Positions 21,316 to 32,375 of a DNA stretch of 64,000 bases are shown piece after piece. Within the stretch, counting starts at the first letter, position 1. Every line of letters starts with the position of its first letter. Below the pieces are notes generated by a model. It did no database searches. It was not told the DNA's origin and saw only the letters and a list, made by a program, of their open reading frames with translations. Origin of the DNA: Gammaproteobacteria bacterium (lineage in GTDB: Bacteria; Pseudomonadota; Gammaproteobacteria; Eutrophobiales; Eutrophobiaceae); the NCBI GenBank assembly GCA_965243205.1, contig CBDEUK010000002.1, forward strand, positions 1,632,001-1,696,000. Reading direction: 5' to 3'. A program made the translations under genes and the position numbers.

Positions 21316-21873
21316 TTAATCCAATTCTTTAGGTCTAAGCATATATTTTAAAGACAATTGATTACCTTTAATCGAGCTGGTCTCATCTAACTCAAATATT
21401 GCAAGCGCAGCCGTTGTCATTAATTTTCCTGTAATATTTCTTGGTGGCGGTTCGGATGATAGATAGGAAACTATATTATCAAGCCCAGGATTATGAGCGA
21501 TTATCATTAAATTACGACTTGTCTGTTGTAAGTTTTGATCGATAACTTCCAGTACCTTATACATATCAGCTAAATACAATTGCTCAAGATACTGAGTGTT
21601 CGTTTGTTTCGATTGAATATTATCTAATACTATCTCTGTAGTTTGTTTAGTTCTAACCGCGGCAGAACTCACTACCCGATCGGGTATAATATCTAAACTG
21701 ACTAATCTTTGAGCGATTGTTGCAACATTTTTCCTACCCCTATTATTGAGTGGCCGATCGAAGTCCTCTTCATTATTACTCCAATCGGATTTACCATGCC
21801 GCATGATTAATAAATGTTTAGCCAAATCGAGACTCTCAATTATTGTGTGTATCTTGATAGCAAGTTTAAACAA
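21316..21873 (-). CDS. sixA: SixA-like histidine phosphatase (start uncertain)
   Basis: MRHGKSDW, DFDRPL..RG, SSAAVRTKQT, AHNPG. Confidence 0.8.
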   Translation of the reverse strand: MFKLAIKIHTIIESLDLAKHLLIMRHGKSDWSNNEEDFDRPLNNRGRKNVATIAQRLVSLDIIPDRVVSSAAVRTKQTTEIVLDNIQSKQTNTQYLEQLYLADMYKVLEVIDQNLQQTSRNLMIIAHNPGLDNIVSYLSSEPPPRNITGKLMTTAALAIFELDETSSIKGNQLSLKYMLRPKELD

Positions 21874-21895
21874 CTCGCGATAATATTCACCTAAT

Positions 21896-23389
21896 ATGTC
21901 TGAAAAAAATCAAGATACCTACGCTACGATCGATCTTGGCTCCAACAGCTTTCATATGATTGTTGCTAGAGAAAGTAACGACAAAATTGTCATTATTGAT
22001 AAAATGCGAGAAATGGTCCGCCTAGCAGGTGGCCTTGATAAAAAAGGCATATTATCCGATGAAGCGATTCAAAACGGTATTCAATGTCTAGAAAAATTTG
22101 GCCAACGCTTAAAAGAAATCCCTACTTCGAATGTCCGCGTTGTCGGCACTAATACCTTACGCAAAGCCAGAAATGGCAATAAATTCCTTTCCAAAGCCCA
22201 TGCTGCATTGGGACATGAAATCGATATTATTTCAGGACGGGAAGAAGCCCGCTTAATTTATACCGGTGTCGCAAATACTATCTTTGATAATGAAAATAAA
22301 CGTTTGGTAATTGATATCGGCGGTGGCAGTACCGAATTTATCATTGGAAAAAACTTTGAACCGATATTAACGGAAAGCCTGTATATGGGTTGCGTTAATA
22401 CAACTAATGAATATTTTTCTAACGGAGAAATCAACGCAAAGCGTTTTCGTAAAGCCATTTTATTTGCTCGCCAAGAGCTGGAATCAGTGGAACTCTTATA
22501 TAAACTTGAATCTTGGGAAATAGCATATGGAACCTCTGGCACAATTCGTTCAGTGCAAGATATTCTGTTGGAAAACCAATGGAGTGAAAATGGCATAACG
22601 TTAAGCGCTCTCAAAAAACTTCGAGATAAACTCATAGAGTTTGAACACATTGATAATATCCAATTAGACAGTCTTAACAATCGACGAACTCCAGTATTTG
22701 TAGGAGGTGTTGCTATTTTAATCGGCTGTTTTGAAGCACTAGAAATCGATAATTTAAATGTTTGTCATGGCGCATTACGTGAAGGCTTACTTTATGATCT
22801 CGTCGGTCGAAAACAAAAAAAGGATATTCGATATGAAACTGTCAGAACCATGGCTAAGCAATACTCATTGGATATCGAACATGCTACTCGTGTTAAAAAC
22901 ACAGCCGGCATTTTATTTAATCAATCCAAAGAACATTGGCAATTATCGAATAACGATAAATATGTACTGAATTGGGCATGTGACTTACATAATATTGGTT
23001 TACGTGTCGCCCATAGCCAATATCATAAACATGGTGCTTACTTAATCGCAAATTCCGACATGGCCGGCTTTTCAAAACAAGAACAGGCAAGAATTGCACA
23101 TCTTATACGTTTTCATCGTCGTAAACTTGCACAAGAAGAATTTACTCAAAGTTCTTTCATTAATACTGATGTACAAAAATATTTATGTATTTTATTACGG
23201 ATTGCGGTTCTATTACATCGAAGTCGGACGAGTGATGGAATTCCTGATATCAAAGTTAGTAACAATAAAAATACATTAAAATTATGTTTCCCTGATAATT
23301 GGTTAAAAGAACATCCATTAACGGAAGCCGATCTGGAAACCGAAGCCAGTTACCTAAATCAAGTAGAATTTAAACTAGATTACAATTGA
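21896..23389 (+). CDS. ppx: Exopolyphosphatase (Ppx/GppA family)
   Basis: IDLGSNSFHM, ISGREEARLIY, DIGGGSTE, ALREG; convergent with ppk1. Confidence 0.92.
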   Translation: MSEKNQDTYATIDLGSNSFHMIVARESNDKIVIIDKMREMVRLAGGLDKKGILSDEAIQNGIQCLEKFGQRLKEIPTSNVRVVGTNTLRKARNGNKFLSKAHAALGHEIDIISGREEARLIYTGVANTIFDNENKRLVIDIGGGSTEFIIGKNFEPILTESLYMGCVNTTNEYFSNGEINAKRFRKAILFARQELESVELLYKLESWEIAYGTSGTIRSVQDILLENQWSENGITLSALKKLRDKLIEFEHIDNIQLDSLNNRRTPVFVGGVAILIGCFEALEIDNLNVCHGALREGLLYDLVGRKQKKDIRYETVRTMAKQYSLDIEHATRVKNTAGILFNQSKEHWQLSNNDKYVLNWACDLHNIGLRVAHSQYHKHGAYLIANSDMAGFSKQEQARIAHLIRFHRRKLAQEEFTQSSFINTDVQKYLCILLRIAVLLHRSRTSDGIPDIKVSNNKNTLKLCFPDNWLKEHPLTEADLETEASYLNQVEFKLDYN

Positions 23390-23390
23390 T

Positions 23391-25460
23391 TTAACTGCAG
23401 TAATGTTCAAGTAAAAACTGTTGTGCTGAGCGCGGTTTGGAATTGCCAAGCTTAGCCCGTTTATAAGTACCATCACTTTGTAACAACCATGCTTGTTGAT
23501 TGTCATTGATATAGGGCATTAAGCCATAACGTTTGATCTGATCGCGAGTACGTTTTTCTTCGATCGGAAAACACGCCTCTACTCGATAAAATAAATTGCG
23601 TTGCATCCAATCAGCACTGGAGCAATATATTCTTTCATCACCATCATTTAAGAAATAATAAATACGAGTATGTTCTAAAAAACGACCGATAATCGAACGC
23701 ACTTTTATGTTATCCGAAATGCCTTTAATTCCAGGCCGCAAAGAACATATACCTCGAATGATCAAATCAATCTTCACACCAGCTTGTGAAGCTCGATACA
23801 AAGCACGAATGATCTCAGGATCAACTAACGCATTCATCTTAGCAATAATGCGAGCGTCTTTACCTGCTTCAGCATTTTTAATTTCATGTTCAATAAATGA
23901 AATGATCGATTTGTGTAAAGTAAATGGCGATTGTAATAATTTTTTCAGTTTTCCTGCTCGACCAAGCCCAGTCAACTGATGGAATAATTTATTAACGTCT
24001 TCAGCTACTGCTTGGTCACAAGATAACAAACCATAATCTGTATAAAGTCTTGTAGTTCGCGCATGATAGTTACCAGTTCCTAAATGCACATAACGCCTTA
24101 AACTACGCCCTTCTCTACGCACCACGAGTATCATCTTCGCATGTGTTTTATAACCTACTACACCATACACAACATGAGCGCCCGCTTCTTGTAAGTCACT
24201 GGCCAATTCAATATTGGCTTCTTCATCAAATCTAGCTCTTAACTCAATAACCACGGTCACTTCTTTACCTGCGCGCGCAGCTTCTTTTAAGGCTTTTACT
24301 ACCGCTGAATCATCACCAGTACGATACAAAGTTTGTTTGATTGATAATACATTAGGATCGGAAGCCGCTTGTCGTAAAAAATCTAATACGGGTGCAAATG
24401 ACTGAAAAGGGTGTAACAGTAAAATGTCACCATTACGTAAACTATCAAATATATTGGTCTGCTTAATCAAACGTGGCGGCAAATCAGGAACAAAACCTGG
24501 ATAAGTTAGATCAGGCTTATCAACTTTATCGACCATTGTCATGAGCCGACTAAGATTTACTGGACCATTTACTTTGTATAAATCTTCAGGTTCTAAATTA
24601 AATTCCTTTAATAAAAAATCACTGACTTCCTCAGGACAAGTATCAACCACTTCCAATCGTACAGCATCGTTATAACGTCTTGATGGTAATTCACCTTCTA
24701 AAGCTCTTAATAAATCATCAACCTCTTCATTATCAACAAATAAATCTCCATCACGTGTGACTCGAAACTGATAACAACCTGTTGCCTTCATACCTGGAAA
24801 TAAATCACCAACATGTGCATGAATAATAGAAGACAACATTACAAAGTCATTGGCATTACTGGAAACATCTTTAGGAATAGCAACTAATCTTGGCAATGAA
24901 CGAGGCGCTTGCACGATTGCTAGACCGCTATCTCGTCCAAAAGCATCTTTACCTTCTAAAGTCACAATAAAATATAAATTTTTATTTAACACTTTTGGAA
25001 AAGGGTGGGCGGGGTCCAAACCAATAGGACTTAATACTGGCAATAATTCACTTTTGAAATAACGTTTTATCCAACGAGCGATTTTAGGTTGCCAATGTCT
25101 TCTTCGTAATAACTGAATTTTCTCTTTTGCCAACCCAGGAATTAAAATTTCATTCAAGACACGATATTGTTCAGAAACAAGTTCTTGTGCCTTCAAACGA
25201 ATTTGCGCTAGCTGTTCTTGCGGCAAAAGATTATCTGGCCCGGTTTGTACTGAACCATATCGTACTTGTTGTTTTAAACCTGCTACCCGAATTTCAAAAA
25301 ACTCATCTAAGTTCGTACCTGCAATGCATAAAAACTTCAGTCTTTCTAATAATGGAACTGATTCATCCTTCGCTTGCTCAATCACTCGACGATTGAATTC
25401 CAGCAAACTCAACTCGCGATTGATATACAATTCAGGTGATTTTAAATTCTGACTATCCAT
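23391..25460 (-). CDS. ppk1: Polyphosphate kinase 1
   Basis: YINRELS.LEFN.RV, ELRARFDEEANI, KTHAK, HLGTGNY, RFLEHTR, SSADWMQRN. Confidence 0.97.
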   Translation of the reverse strand: MDSQNLKSPELYINRELSLLEFNRRVIEQAKDESVPLLERLKFLCIAGTNLDEFFEIRVAGLKQQVRYGSVQTGPDNLLPQEQLAQIRLKAQELVSEQYRVLNEILIPGLAKEKIQLLRRRHWQPKIARWIKRYFKSELLPVLSPIGLDPAHPFPKVLNKNLYFIVTLEGKDAFGRDSGLAIVQAPRSLPRLVAIPKDVSSNANDFVMLSSIIHAHVGDLFPGMKATGCYQFRVTRDGDLFVDNEEVDDLLRALEGELPSRRYNDAVRLEVVDTCPEEVSDFLLKEFNLEPEDLYKVNGPVNLSRLMTMVDKVDKPDLTYPGFVPDLPPRLIKQTNIFDSLRNGDILLLHPFQSFAPVLDFLRQAASDPNVLSIKQTLYRTGDDSAVVKALKEAARAGKEVTVVIELRARFDEEANIELASDLQEAGAHVVYGVVGYKTHAKMILVVRREGRSLRRYVHLGTGNYHARTTRLYTDYGLLSCDQAVAEDVNKLFHQLTGLGRAGKLKKLLQSPFTLHKSIISFIEHEIKNAEAGKDARIIAKMNALVDPEIIRALYRASQAGVKIDLIIRGICSLRPGIKGISDNIKVRSIIGRFLEHTRIYYFLNDGDERIYCSSADWMQRNLFYRVEACFPIEEKRTRDQIKRYGLMPYINDNQQAWLLQSDGTYKRAKLGNSKPRSAQQFLLEHYCS

Positions 25461-25564
25461 ATAGTTAATTGTAGCTTTATTTTAAAAGTATTTGGATATA
25501 GTGATGAGCTCTTAAGCTCAAAGAAAATAACTTGATGAATGAGTTAGTTTAATTATTATTAAAT

Positions 25565-26284
25565 TTACTCGGGTTTCGATAAAGTCTTTTCAATATCTTC
25601 AATTGATGTATGTCTAACATCTTTACCCTCAACAAAATAAATAACGTATTCACATATGTTGCGAGCATGATCAGCGATTCTCTCTAAAGCACGTGCCGTC
25701 ATCACAACATCAAGAGTTGCTGAAATACTTCGAGGATCTTCCATCATATAAGTAATAAGTTGGCGCAAAATAGCAGAGTACTGTTCATCAGATTCTGGTT
25801 CTTGGGCCGCTTCAAGTAATGCAGCTTTAGAGTCCATACGTGCAAACGCATCTAAAGAACCTAATAACATCTTTTGTACTAAATTACCCATCGCTTTAAT
25901 GCCGATGTAATACGATTTAGTACCTTGTTTGCCATCTAACTCTAATGTTGTTTTAGCAATCTTTTGAGTTTCGTCGCCAATACGTTCTAGATCAGTAATG
26001 GTTTTTATAATCGCCATAATCAAACGCAAGTCACTTGCTGCTGGCTGACGACGCGCTAAGATAGTTGTACATTCTTCATCAATTTCAATTTCCATTGAAT
26101 TGACAACAGGTTCTTGTCGAATTACTTCTTCTGCTAGCAGCAAATCCGACTCTATTAATGACTTTAAGGCATTAACCAATTGCTGTTCTACCAACCCACC
26201 CATTGCCATCACACGTTCGCGAGTATGTTCTAACTCTTGATCGAATTGTTTTGATATATGTTGAGGAAGATTTGTTGGCGACAT
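25565..26284 (-). CDS. phoU: Phosphate signalling protein PhoU
   Basis: HISKQFDQEL, ARRQPAASDLR, DLERIGD, LERIADHARNICE. Confidence 0.96.
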   Translation of the reverse strand: MSPTNLPQHISKQFDQELEHTRERVMAMGGLVEQQLVNALKSLIESDLLLAEEVIRQEPVVNSMEIEIDEECTTILARRQPAASDLRLIMAIIKTITDLERIGDETQKIAKTTLELDGKQGTKSYYIGIKAMGNLVQKMLLGSLDAFARMDSKAALLEAAQEPESDEQYSAILRQLITYMMEDPRSISATLDVVMTARALERIADHARNICEYVIYFVEGKDVRHTSIEDIEKTLSKPE

Positions 26285-26325
26285 ATTTTTATCTATATAA
26301 ACTTTTAAATTAAATTCTTAGGAAA

Positions 26326-27177
26326 TTAACCATAACGACCGGTTATATAATCTTCGGTCATCTTTTCTGCAGGAGTAGTAAACAAAGAGTTCGTATCATT
26401 AAACTCGATTAATTCACCTAAATACATATAAGCAGTATAGTCTGAAACTCGTGCTGCTTGTTGCATATTGTGCGTTACTATAACTATAGTGTAATTTGAT
26501 TTTAATTGATAAATTAATTCTTCGATTTTTAATGTCGAAATCGGATCGAGAGCAGATGCAGGCTCATCGAGTAATAATACTTCTGGCTCAATTGCAATCG
26601 CTCGAGCAATTACTAAACGTTGCTGCTGACCACCAGACAGACCCATTGCGTTATCATCTAAACGATCTTTTACTTCGTCCCATAAAGCTGCACCTATTAG
26701 TGATTTTTCTACCGCTTCTTTAAGCACGCGCCGATCTTTCACACCTTGGATTCGTAAACCATACGCAACATTTTCAAAAATAGATTTTGGAAATGGATTT
26801 GGTTTTTGAAACACCATACCCACTCTTCGACGAAGTTCAGCAACATTAACTGCTTTATCATATATATTTTCATCATGAAGCAACATTTGGCCATCGATAC
26901 GAACCGAATCAATCAAATCGTTCATACGATTCATACTTCTTAATAATGTTGACTTACCACAACCACTCGGGCCAATAAACGCAGTAACACGTTTTTCAGG
27001 TATCGTCATATCGATTGATTTCAATGCCTGTTTATCACCGTAATATAAATTGAAGTCCTTTACATCGATACAAACTTTTTCATCATTAAGGTTAAGCTCA
27101 CTGCCAGACTTGGTAACTGAACCTAAATCTATAGAATGTGTTTTTGAACCTGGAACTTGCTCTACGCTGTCCGACAT
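26326..27177 (-). CDS. pstB: Phosphate ABC transporter ATPase
   Basis: [35 protein letters not shown]; probable ATG at 27177. Confidence 0.96.
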   Translation of the reverse strand: MSDSVEQVPGSKTHSIDLGSVTKSGSELNLNDEKVCIDVKDFNLYYGDKQALKSIDMTIPEKRVTAFIGPSGCGKSTLLRSMNRMNDLIDSVRIDGQMLLHDENIYDKAVNVAELRRRVGMVFQKPNPFPKSIFENVAYGLRIQGVKDRRVLKEAVEKSLIGAALWDEVKDRLDDNAMGLSGGQQQRLVIARAIAIEPEVLLLDEPASALDPISTLKIEELIYQLKSNYTIVIVTHNMQQAARVSDYTAYMYLGELIEFNDTNSLFTTPAEKMTEDYITGRYG

Positions 27178-27202
27178 ACCATTTCCTGTCAATATTGTTT
27201 GA

Positions 27203-28864
27203 TTACTGTTGTTCTGTTGCACGGTACTTCTCTCTAAGCCTATTACGAATTTTTATCGCTGTCAGGTTTAAAACTATAATAATTAAAATTAATAATAATG
27301 CTGTCGCATACACCAACGGTCTAGCAGCCTCCACATTTGGGCTTTGAAAACCAACATCATAGATATGGAAGCCTAAATGCATAAATTTTCGATCTAAATG
27401 TAAATATGGAAAATTACCATCTAGAGGTAATGATGGTGCCAATTTTACAACACCCACTAACATCAAAGGCGCCACTTCACCCGCAGCTCGAGCAACCGCT
27501 AAAATTAAACCTGTCATCATGGCAGATGCCGTCATCGGCAAGACTGTTAGCCATAATGTTTCGGCTTTCGTTGCTCCTAATGCCAAACTCCCTTCGCGAA
27601 TTGAACGCGGCACGCGTGATAGCCCTTCCTCAGTTGCAACAATAACGACAGGAACTGTCAATATTGCTAACGTTAATGAAGCCCACATCAATCCTGGTGT
27701 TCCAAACGTAGGTGCTGGTAATGCTTCTTGAAAAAATAACTGGTCGATGGAACCGCCAAGAAAGTAAACAAAAAAACCTAAGCCAAAAACACCATAAACA
27801 ACCGATGGCACACCTGCTAAATTATTCACCGCGATTCGTATCAAGCGCGTAACGGGTCCTTGCTTAGCGTATTCACGCAAATATACAGCAGCTACTACAC
27901 CAAATGGCGTAACTAATACGGCCATGATTATCACCATCATCACTGTACCAAAAATAGCTGGGAAGATTCCGCCTTCGGTATTTGCCTCTCGAGGCTCATC
28001 ACTAACAAACTCCCATAGCTTCTCTAAATAGAAGCCGAGCTTTTGTATGAAACTCATTTCATTTGGCCGAAACACTCTTACTATCTTCGATAACGGTATT
28101 TCAACCTCCTTACCATCTGCAAGTGTTGCCATAAGCGAGGTTTGATTAAGCTCTTGATAAAGACCAGAAAGCTTCGCTGTGTGTTCTTCATAATCCTTTT
28201 GCAACTCACTGCGCTTTTGTTTTAATTCGGTAACAGCTTCATCCGTTTTTTTATTATTGAGTTCTAAACCACGTTCTTTTAAACGCAGCCCTTCCATTTT
28301 ATAGTTAATTCTACCGATTAATTTTTGTTCTATGTAACGAATGTTTTGAAAAACTTCACTGGTATGTTCTATTTCTTTTTGTAACAACACCCAAGAATCA
28401 ACATTACCTTCAATCAATTCACCATTACGTTTTAATCCTGAAAGAAAACCATAAAAATTACCCCATTCACGTCTTTCTATCACAACAACTTCTTCAGGAA
28501 CCTTAAGCTCAGAGATACCTTGTTGGTTAATCCACCTAAAATCTAAACCATAATGATCTCGGTTACCCGTTTTAATTAATTGACGCTCAACGATTGTATT
28601 TGGATCATCTTCTGTAACTGACGCCCCTGCTTGTGAAGCGGGTACTGTTTCTGTTCCAACGACTTCACCAAGAATGACACTTTGCTCATCACCATCTTGA
28701 TACTGAAATTGAACCACTGGATCAGGCCAAAAATGACCAAGCCCTCTCACGGCAATCAAACCGATGAGTCCAACCACCATAATAATTGATAACGTTACAG
28801 CAGCAGCATTCAACCAAATGTATGGCTCTCCACTTGATAACCAATTTTTTATATTTTTTTTCAT
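27203..28864 (-). CDS. pstA: Phosphate ABC transporter permease PstA (long form)
   Basis: [35 protein letters not shown]; extra periplasmic coiled-coil domain. Confidence 0.94.
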   Translation of the reverse strand: MKKNIKNWLSSGEPYIWLNAAAVTLSIIMVVGLIGLIAVRGLGHFWPDPVVQFQYQDGDEQSVILGEVVGTETVPASQAGASVTEDDPNTIVERQLIKTGNRDHYGLDFRWINQQGISELKVPEEVVVIERREWGNFYGFLSGLKRNGELIEGNVDSWVLLQKEIEHTSEVFQNIRYIEQKLIGRINYKMEGLRLKERGLELNNKKTDEAVTELKQKRSELQKDYEEHTAKLSGLYQELNQTSLMATLADGKEVEIPLSKIVRVFRPNEMSFIQKLGFYLEKLWEFVSDEPREANTEGGIFPAIFGTVMMVIIMAVLVTPFGVVAAVYLREYAKQGPVTRLIRIAVNNLAGVPSVVYGVFGLGFFVYFLGGSIDQLFFQEALPAPTFGTPGLMWASLTLAILTVPVVIVATEEGLSRVPRSIREGSLALGATKAETLWLTVLPMTASAMMTGLILAVARAAGEVAPLMLVGVVKLAPSLPLDGNFPYLHLDRKFMHLGFHIYDVGFQSPNVEAARPLVYATALLLILIIIVLNLTAIKIRNRLREKYRATEQQ

Positions 28865-28876
28865 AATGATGCGAGC

Positions 28877-31147
28877 TTATAAAGTGCTGTATTTTACACG
28901 TAATCTTTGTCTCACCAGCTCTGCGATTGTATTGAATGCAAATGTCGCGACAAACAATACTAAGCCGGCTAAAAATAAAATTCGATAATGGGTACTGTCT
29001 ACCTCAGACTCAGGCATTTCTACTGCGATATTGGCAGATAAGGCGCGAAAACCTTCAAAAATATTCATATCCATGATCGCTGTATTACCCGTTGCCATGA
29101 CCACGATCATCGTTTCACCCACGGCACGGCCTAAACCTATCATAATTGCTGAGAAAATCCCTGGACTCGCGGTTAATAAAACGACACGAACCATCGTCTG
29201 CCAACGTGTTGCACCGAGAGCTAAAGAGCCCGTGGTTAATTGCTTAGGCACACTGTAGATCGCATCTTCACTGATAGAAAATATTGTAGGAATGACAGCA
29301 AAACCCATCGCTATACCAACCACGAGTGAGTTACGTTGATCAAAATCTAATCCCAAATTATTAGTAATCCAAAACGGCATATTACCGTCAAACAAGGCTG
29401 CTTCAATCGGCTGACTAATATTGATACTAATGAAAATAGCTATGATAAAAACGGGTATCAGTAATGCAGATTCCCAACCGTCAGGTATAGTGAGCCTGAT
29501 AGAATCTGGCGTCTTGTGCCAAAGATACGAAGCTAAAAATGTTACTGACGGTAAAACAAACAAGAGAATAAAAAGTCCGGGCATATGCATTTCAACAAAT
29601 GGCGCAAACCAAAGCCCTGCTAAGAACCCTAAAATAACCGTGGGTAATGCTTCCATAATTTCAATGGTCGGTTTTACAAAACCTCGCATTTGTGGCGACA
29701 TAAAATAAGCCGTGTAAATTGCACCACAAATCGCCATAGGCACAGCGAACAACATTGCATAAAACGCAGCCTTTAATGTGCCAAAGGCAAGTGGCGTTAA
29801 ACTAAATTTAGGTTCAAAATCGCTGCTGGCAGAAGATGATTGCCAAATATATTCAGGCTTATCGCGGCTTTCATACCAGACTTTGCCCCAAATGGAATTC
29901 CAAGAAACTTCAGGGTGTTCATTATCGACATGCCAGTATTGTAATGATTTATCCGCTTTCTCTATCAATAATGCATTGGCTCGAGGAGAAATAGCTAATG
30001 ACAGTGGTGAATCTTGAGCAATTTTTTCTGACTTAACCACTCTGTGTGCAGTAGTGTGATAAATAGACAAATAACCGTCTTTATCTATGGCAGCAAAACC
30101 TTTACGGAAATATTCAGGGGCTATTTTTTGAATAGCAGAATCTTGCTCATCAAAATAGCGAATTTCTTTTAATGAATAATCATTATTCTCGTCACGGACT
30201 GGAAACCATTGTGTAATCCGCCCTCGACTATCGCCAACTAATATTGAAATACCTCCGCTTAAAAATTCTATACTAGAGATATTAACTTCATTTGGAACCA
30301 GCGTTACTTGATCGACCAAATTTGGTTTTTCAATATCGCTAATATCATAATATTCAACTTTTCCATCAATACGTACGACATAAAGCTCGCGTTGTTCGAC
30401 ATCAATTAAAATATGGGTTGGTTTTTGTTGTATTTCTAGGTAAGAACTGACTTCAGTAATTTCAACTTCATCACTGAGCATATTTTCTTCTTTAAGCAAC
30501 CCTTTTAAATAGACAGTATTGCCTGCGACAGCGGCAATAGTCACCTGCTCTTCATCGTATTGTGCGCTAACTATTTCGATAGCTTTTGTATCATCCGCAA
30601 TTTGGATAGGCTCTTCACCAAATGGAAACAAAAAAGACGGCGTTATCAAACGCTGATCGTTTGGATAAGTTACCTCATAATGATGTTGAATTAGGGAAAC
30701 ACTGCCATTATCAAAACCAAATGCTAATAATGCTTGAGACGCATCTCCATTAGAAAAAGCAGTAATGGCATTAGAAGAATCTTCAAAAAGTGTGTTTTGT
30801 AAAATAACTTCCCCATTTGCAGCTTTGAAGAATGTAAGTTCACCATCCTCACCAACTCTCAGAGCCACTTCTCTTTGTTCTTCCATTGCATAATACAAAC
30901 TAGTTTGTTGCGATCCTGGAACTGTATACTCCTTAATCAATTCGATATGCGCTGACTTGAACATTGGTAAAACTACATACAACAAATAGAACGCAATTAA
31001 AACAATTGCACCAATAACACTCACCCCTCCAAACGCCATTAAGTATTTCGTTAATGCATCGGTAATATCTCGACGTTTTCTGTGTCTTTTCGCAGCAGGG
31101 GAAGAAAAGTCAGGGAATGAACTTGTATTTTTAGTTGTTGTATTCAT
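28877..31147 (-). CDS. pstC: Phosphate ABC transporter permease PstC (long form with large periplasmic domain)
   Basis: FGTLKAA, KPTIEIMEALPTV, SLALGATRWQT, GRAVGETM. Confidence 0.93.
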   Translation of the reverse strand: MNTTTKNTSSFPDFSSPAAKRHRKRRDITDALTKYLMAFGGVSVIGAIVLIAFYLLYVVLPMFKSAHIELIKEYTVPGSQQTSLYYAMEEQREVALRVGEDGELTFFKAANGEVILQNTLFEDSSNAITAFSNGDASQALLAFGFDNGSVSLIQHHYEVTYPNDQRLITPSFLFPFGEEPIQIADDTKAIEIVSAQYDEEQVTIAAVAGNTVYLKGLLKEENMLSDEVEITEVSSYLEIQQKPTHILIDVEQRELYVVRIDGKVEYYDISDIEKPNLVDQVTLVPNEVNISSIEFLSGGISILVGDSRGRITQWFPVRDENNDYSLKEIRYFDEQDSAIQKIAPEYFRKGFAAIDKDGYLSIYHTTAHRVVKSEKIAQDSPLSLAISPRANALLIEKADKSLQYWHVDNEHPEVSWNSIWGKVWYESRDKPEYIWQSSSASSDFEPKFSLTPLAFGTLKAAFYAMLFAVPMAICGAIYTAYFMSPQMRGFVKPTIEIMEALPTVILGFLAGLWFAPFVEMHMPGLFILLFVLPSVTFLASYLWHKTPDSIRLTIPDGWESALLIPVFIIAIFISINISQPIEAALFDGNMPFWITNNLGLDFDQRNSLVVGIAMGFAVIPTIFSISEDAIYSVPKQLTTGSLALGATRWQTMVRVVLLTASPGIFSAIMIGLGRAVGETMIVVMATGNTAIMDMNIFEGFRALSANIAVEMPESEVDSTHYRILFLAGLVLFVATFAFNTIAELVRQRLRVKYSTL

Positions 31148-31214
31148 TTAATTACTATAAGAGATGTTTGTGGCAACATTGTGAAGGCAATATAAACTAA
31201 GCGAATCTAGAAAG

Positions 31215-31244
31215 AAATAACCCCACAGAGAAGTGGGGTTATTT
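31215..31244 (-). terminator. Stem-loop between pstS and pstC (partial terminator or mRNA stabiliser)
   Basis: aaataaccccac-agagaa-gtggggttattt, 12-bp perfect stem. Confidence 0.7.
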
Positions 31245-31279
31245 AATTATAAGAAATGGATTCTTGACTAAAAAAGCGG

Positions 31280-32251
31280 CTATTTCGAAATTTTGTTTAT
31301 TTCATTTTCTGCAACTTTAGCAGGTAATGGTATATATCCATCCTTTACTACGACTAGCTGACCGACTTTTGATAAAACCATTTTAACGAACTCAGTCTCG
31401 ATCGGACCTAGTGGTTTATTAGGCGCTTTGTTCACATAAACATATAAAAAACGACCTAATGGGTATTTACCCGCTGATGCATTTTCTGGGGTAGCTTCCA
31501 CAAATTTACCGCCTGGTTTTTTCGATAACGGAATCGCTTTAACACCCGAGGTTTTGTATCCAATACCTGAATAACCAATACCATTGATTGATTTGGTAAC
31601 ACCTTGAACAACAGACGCAGAACCAGGTTGTTCATTTACACTATTTTTGTAGTCACCTTTACATAAAGCTTTCTTCTTAAAGTAGCCATAAGTACCAGAA
31701 ACTGAATTTCGGCCGTATAACTGGACTGGACGGTTTGCCCATTCGCCTGTTAAACCTAGTTGGCCCCATTTGGTGATATTTTCTGAATAGCCACATTTGC
31801 GTGTTGCGGAAAAAACGGCATCGACCTGAGCAATAGACATTCCTTCAATTGGGTTATCTTTATGGGTATAGACAGCAAGCGCATCGATTGCAACTGCAAT
31901 AGGTGTTGGCTTATATCCGTATTTAGATTCAAAAGAAGCAATTTCTTTGTCCTTCATCTTACGACTCATTGGTCCGAAGTTTGAGGTGCCTTCTGTCAAA
32001 GCGGGTGGCGCAGTTGACGAACCTGCGGCTTGAATTTGTACATTTACATTTGGATATAAACGTTTGAATTCTTCTGCCCATAGAGTCATTAAGTTCGCTA
32101 AGGTATCAGAACCAACACTGATAATACTGCCAGAAACACCGCTGGCTTTTTCATAGTCGGCCAAACCTGGATCGACTTTATCATCAGCGAAGGCCGAACC
32201 ACTCATCATAGTGAAAGCTGCCAAACTTAATGTAAGCAGTTGTTTTTTCAT
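31280..32251 (-). CDS. pstS: Phosphate ABC transporter substrate-binding protein
   Basis: Signal peptide, [27 protein letters not shown]; ATG at 32251 behind GGAG. Confidence 0.95.
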   Translation of the reverse strand: MKKQLLTLSLAAFTMMSGSAFADDKVDPGLADYEKASGVSGSIISVGSDTLANLMTLWAEEFKRLYPNVNVQIQAAGSSTAPPALTEGTSNFGPMSRKMKDKEIASFESKYGYKPTPIAVAIDALAVYTHKDNPIEGMSIAQVDAVFSATRKCGYSENITKWGQLGLTGEWANRPVQLYGRNSVSGTYGYFKKKALCKGDYKNSVNEQPGSASVVQGVTKSINGIGYSGIGYKTSGVKAIPLSKKPGGKFVEATPENASAGKYPLGRFLYVYVNKAPNKPLGPIETEFVKMVLSKVGQLVVVKDGYIPLPAKVAENEINKISK

Positions 32252-32320
32252 AAAAATCTCCAAATAAAATAATTGTTTGTTGTGTGATTATATATTTGAC
32301 AGCGACTATCGCTGTATTGC

Positions 32321-32360
32321 ATGACAAAAAGATTACCGTAATATGAAAGTTATATTACGG
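32321..32360 (-). promoter_or_regulatory. Tandem Pho boxes upstream of pstS
   Basis: Minus strand CCGTAAT-ATAA-CTTTCAT-ATTA-CGGTAAT-CTTT-TTGTCAT: four CTGTCAT-like heptamers at 11-bp spacing. Confidence 0.8.
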
Positions 32361-32375
32361 TTGTTAAAGTAGTTT

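Noticed and set aside
27203-31147. Unusually long PstA and PstC
   Set aside because: Long forms with periplasmic domains are already known from Pseudomonas/Vibrio-type pst operons
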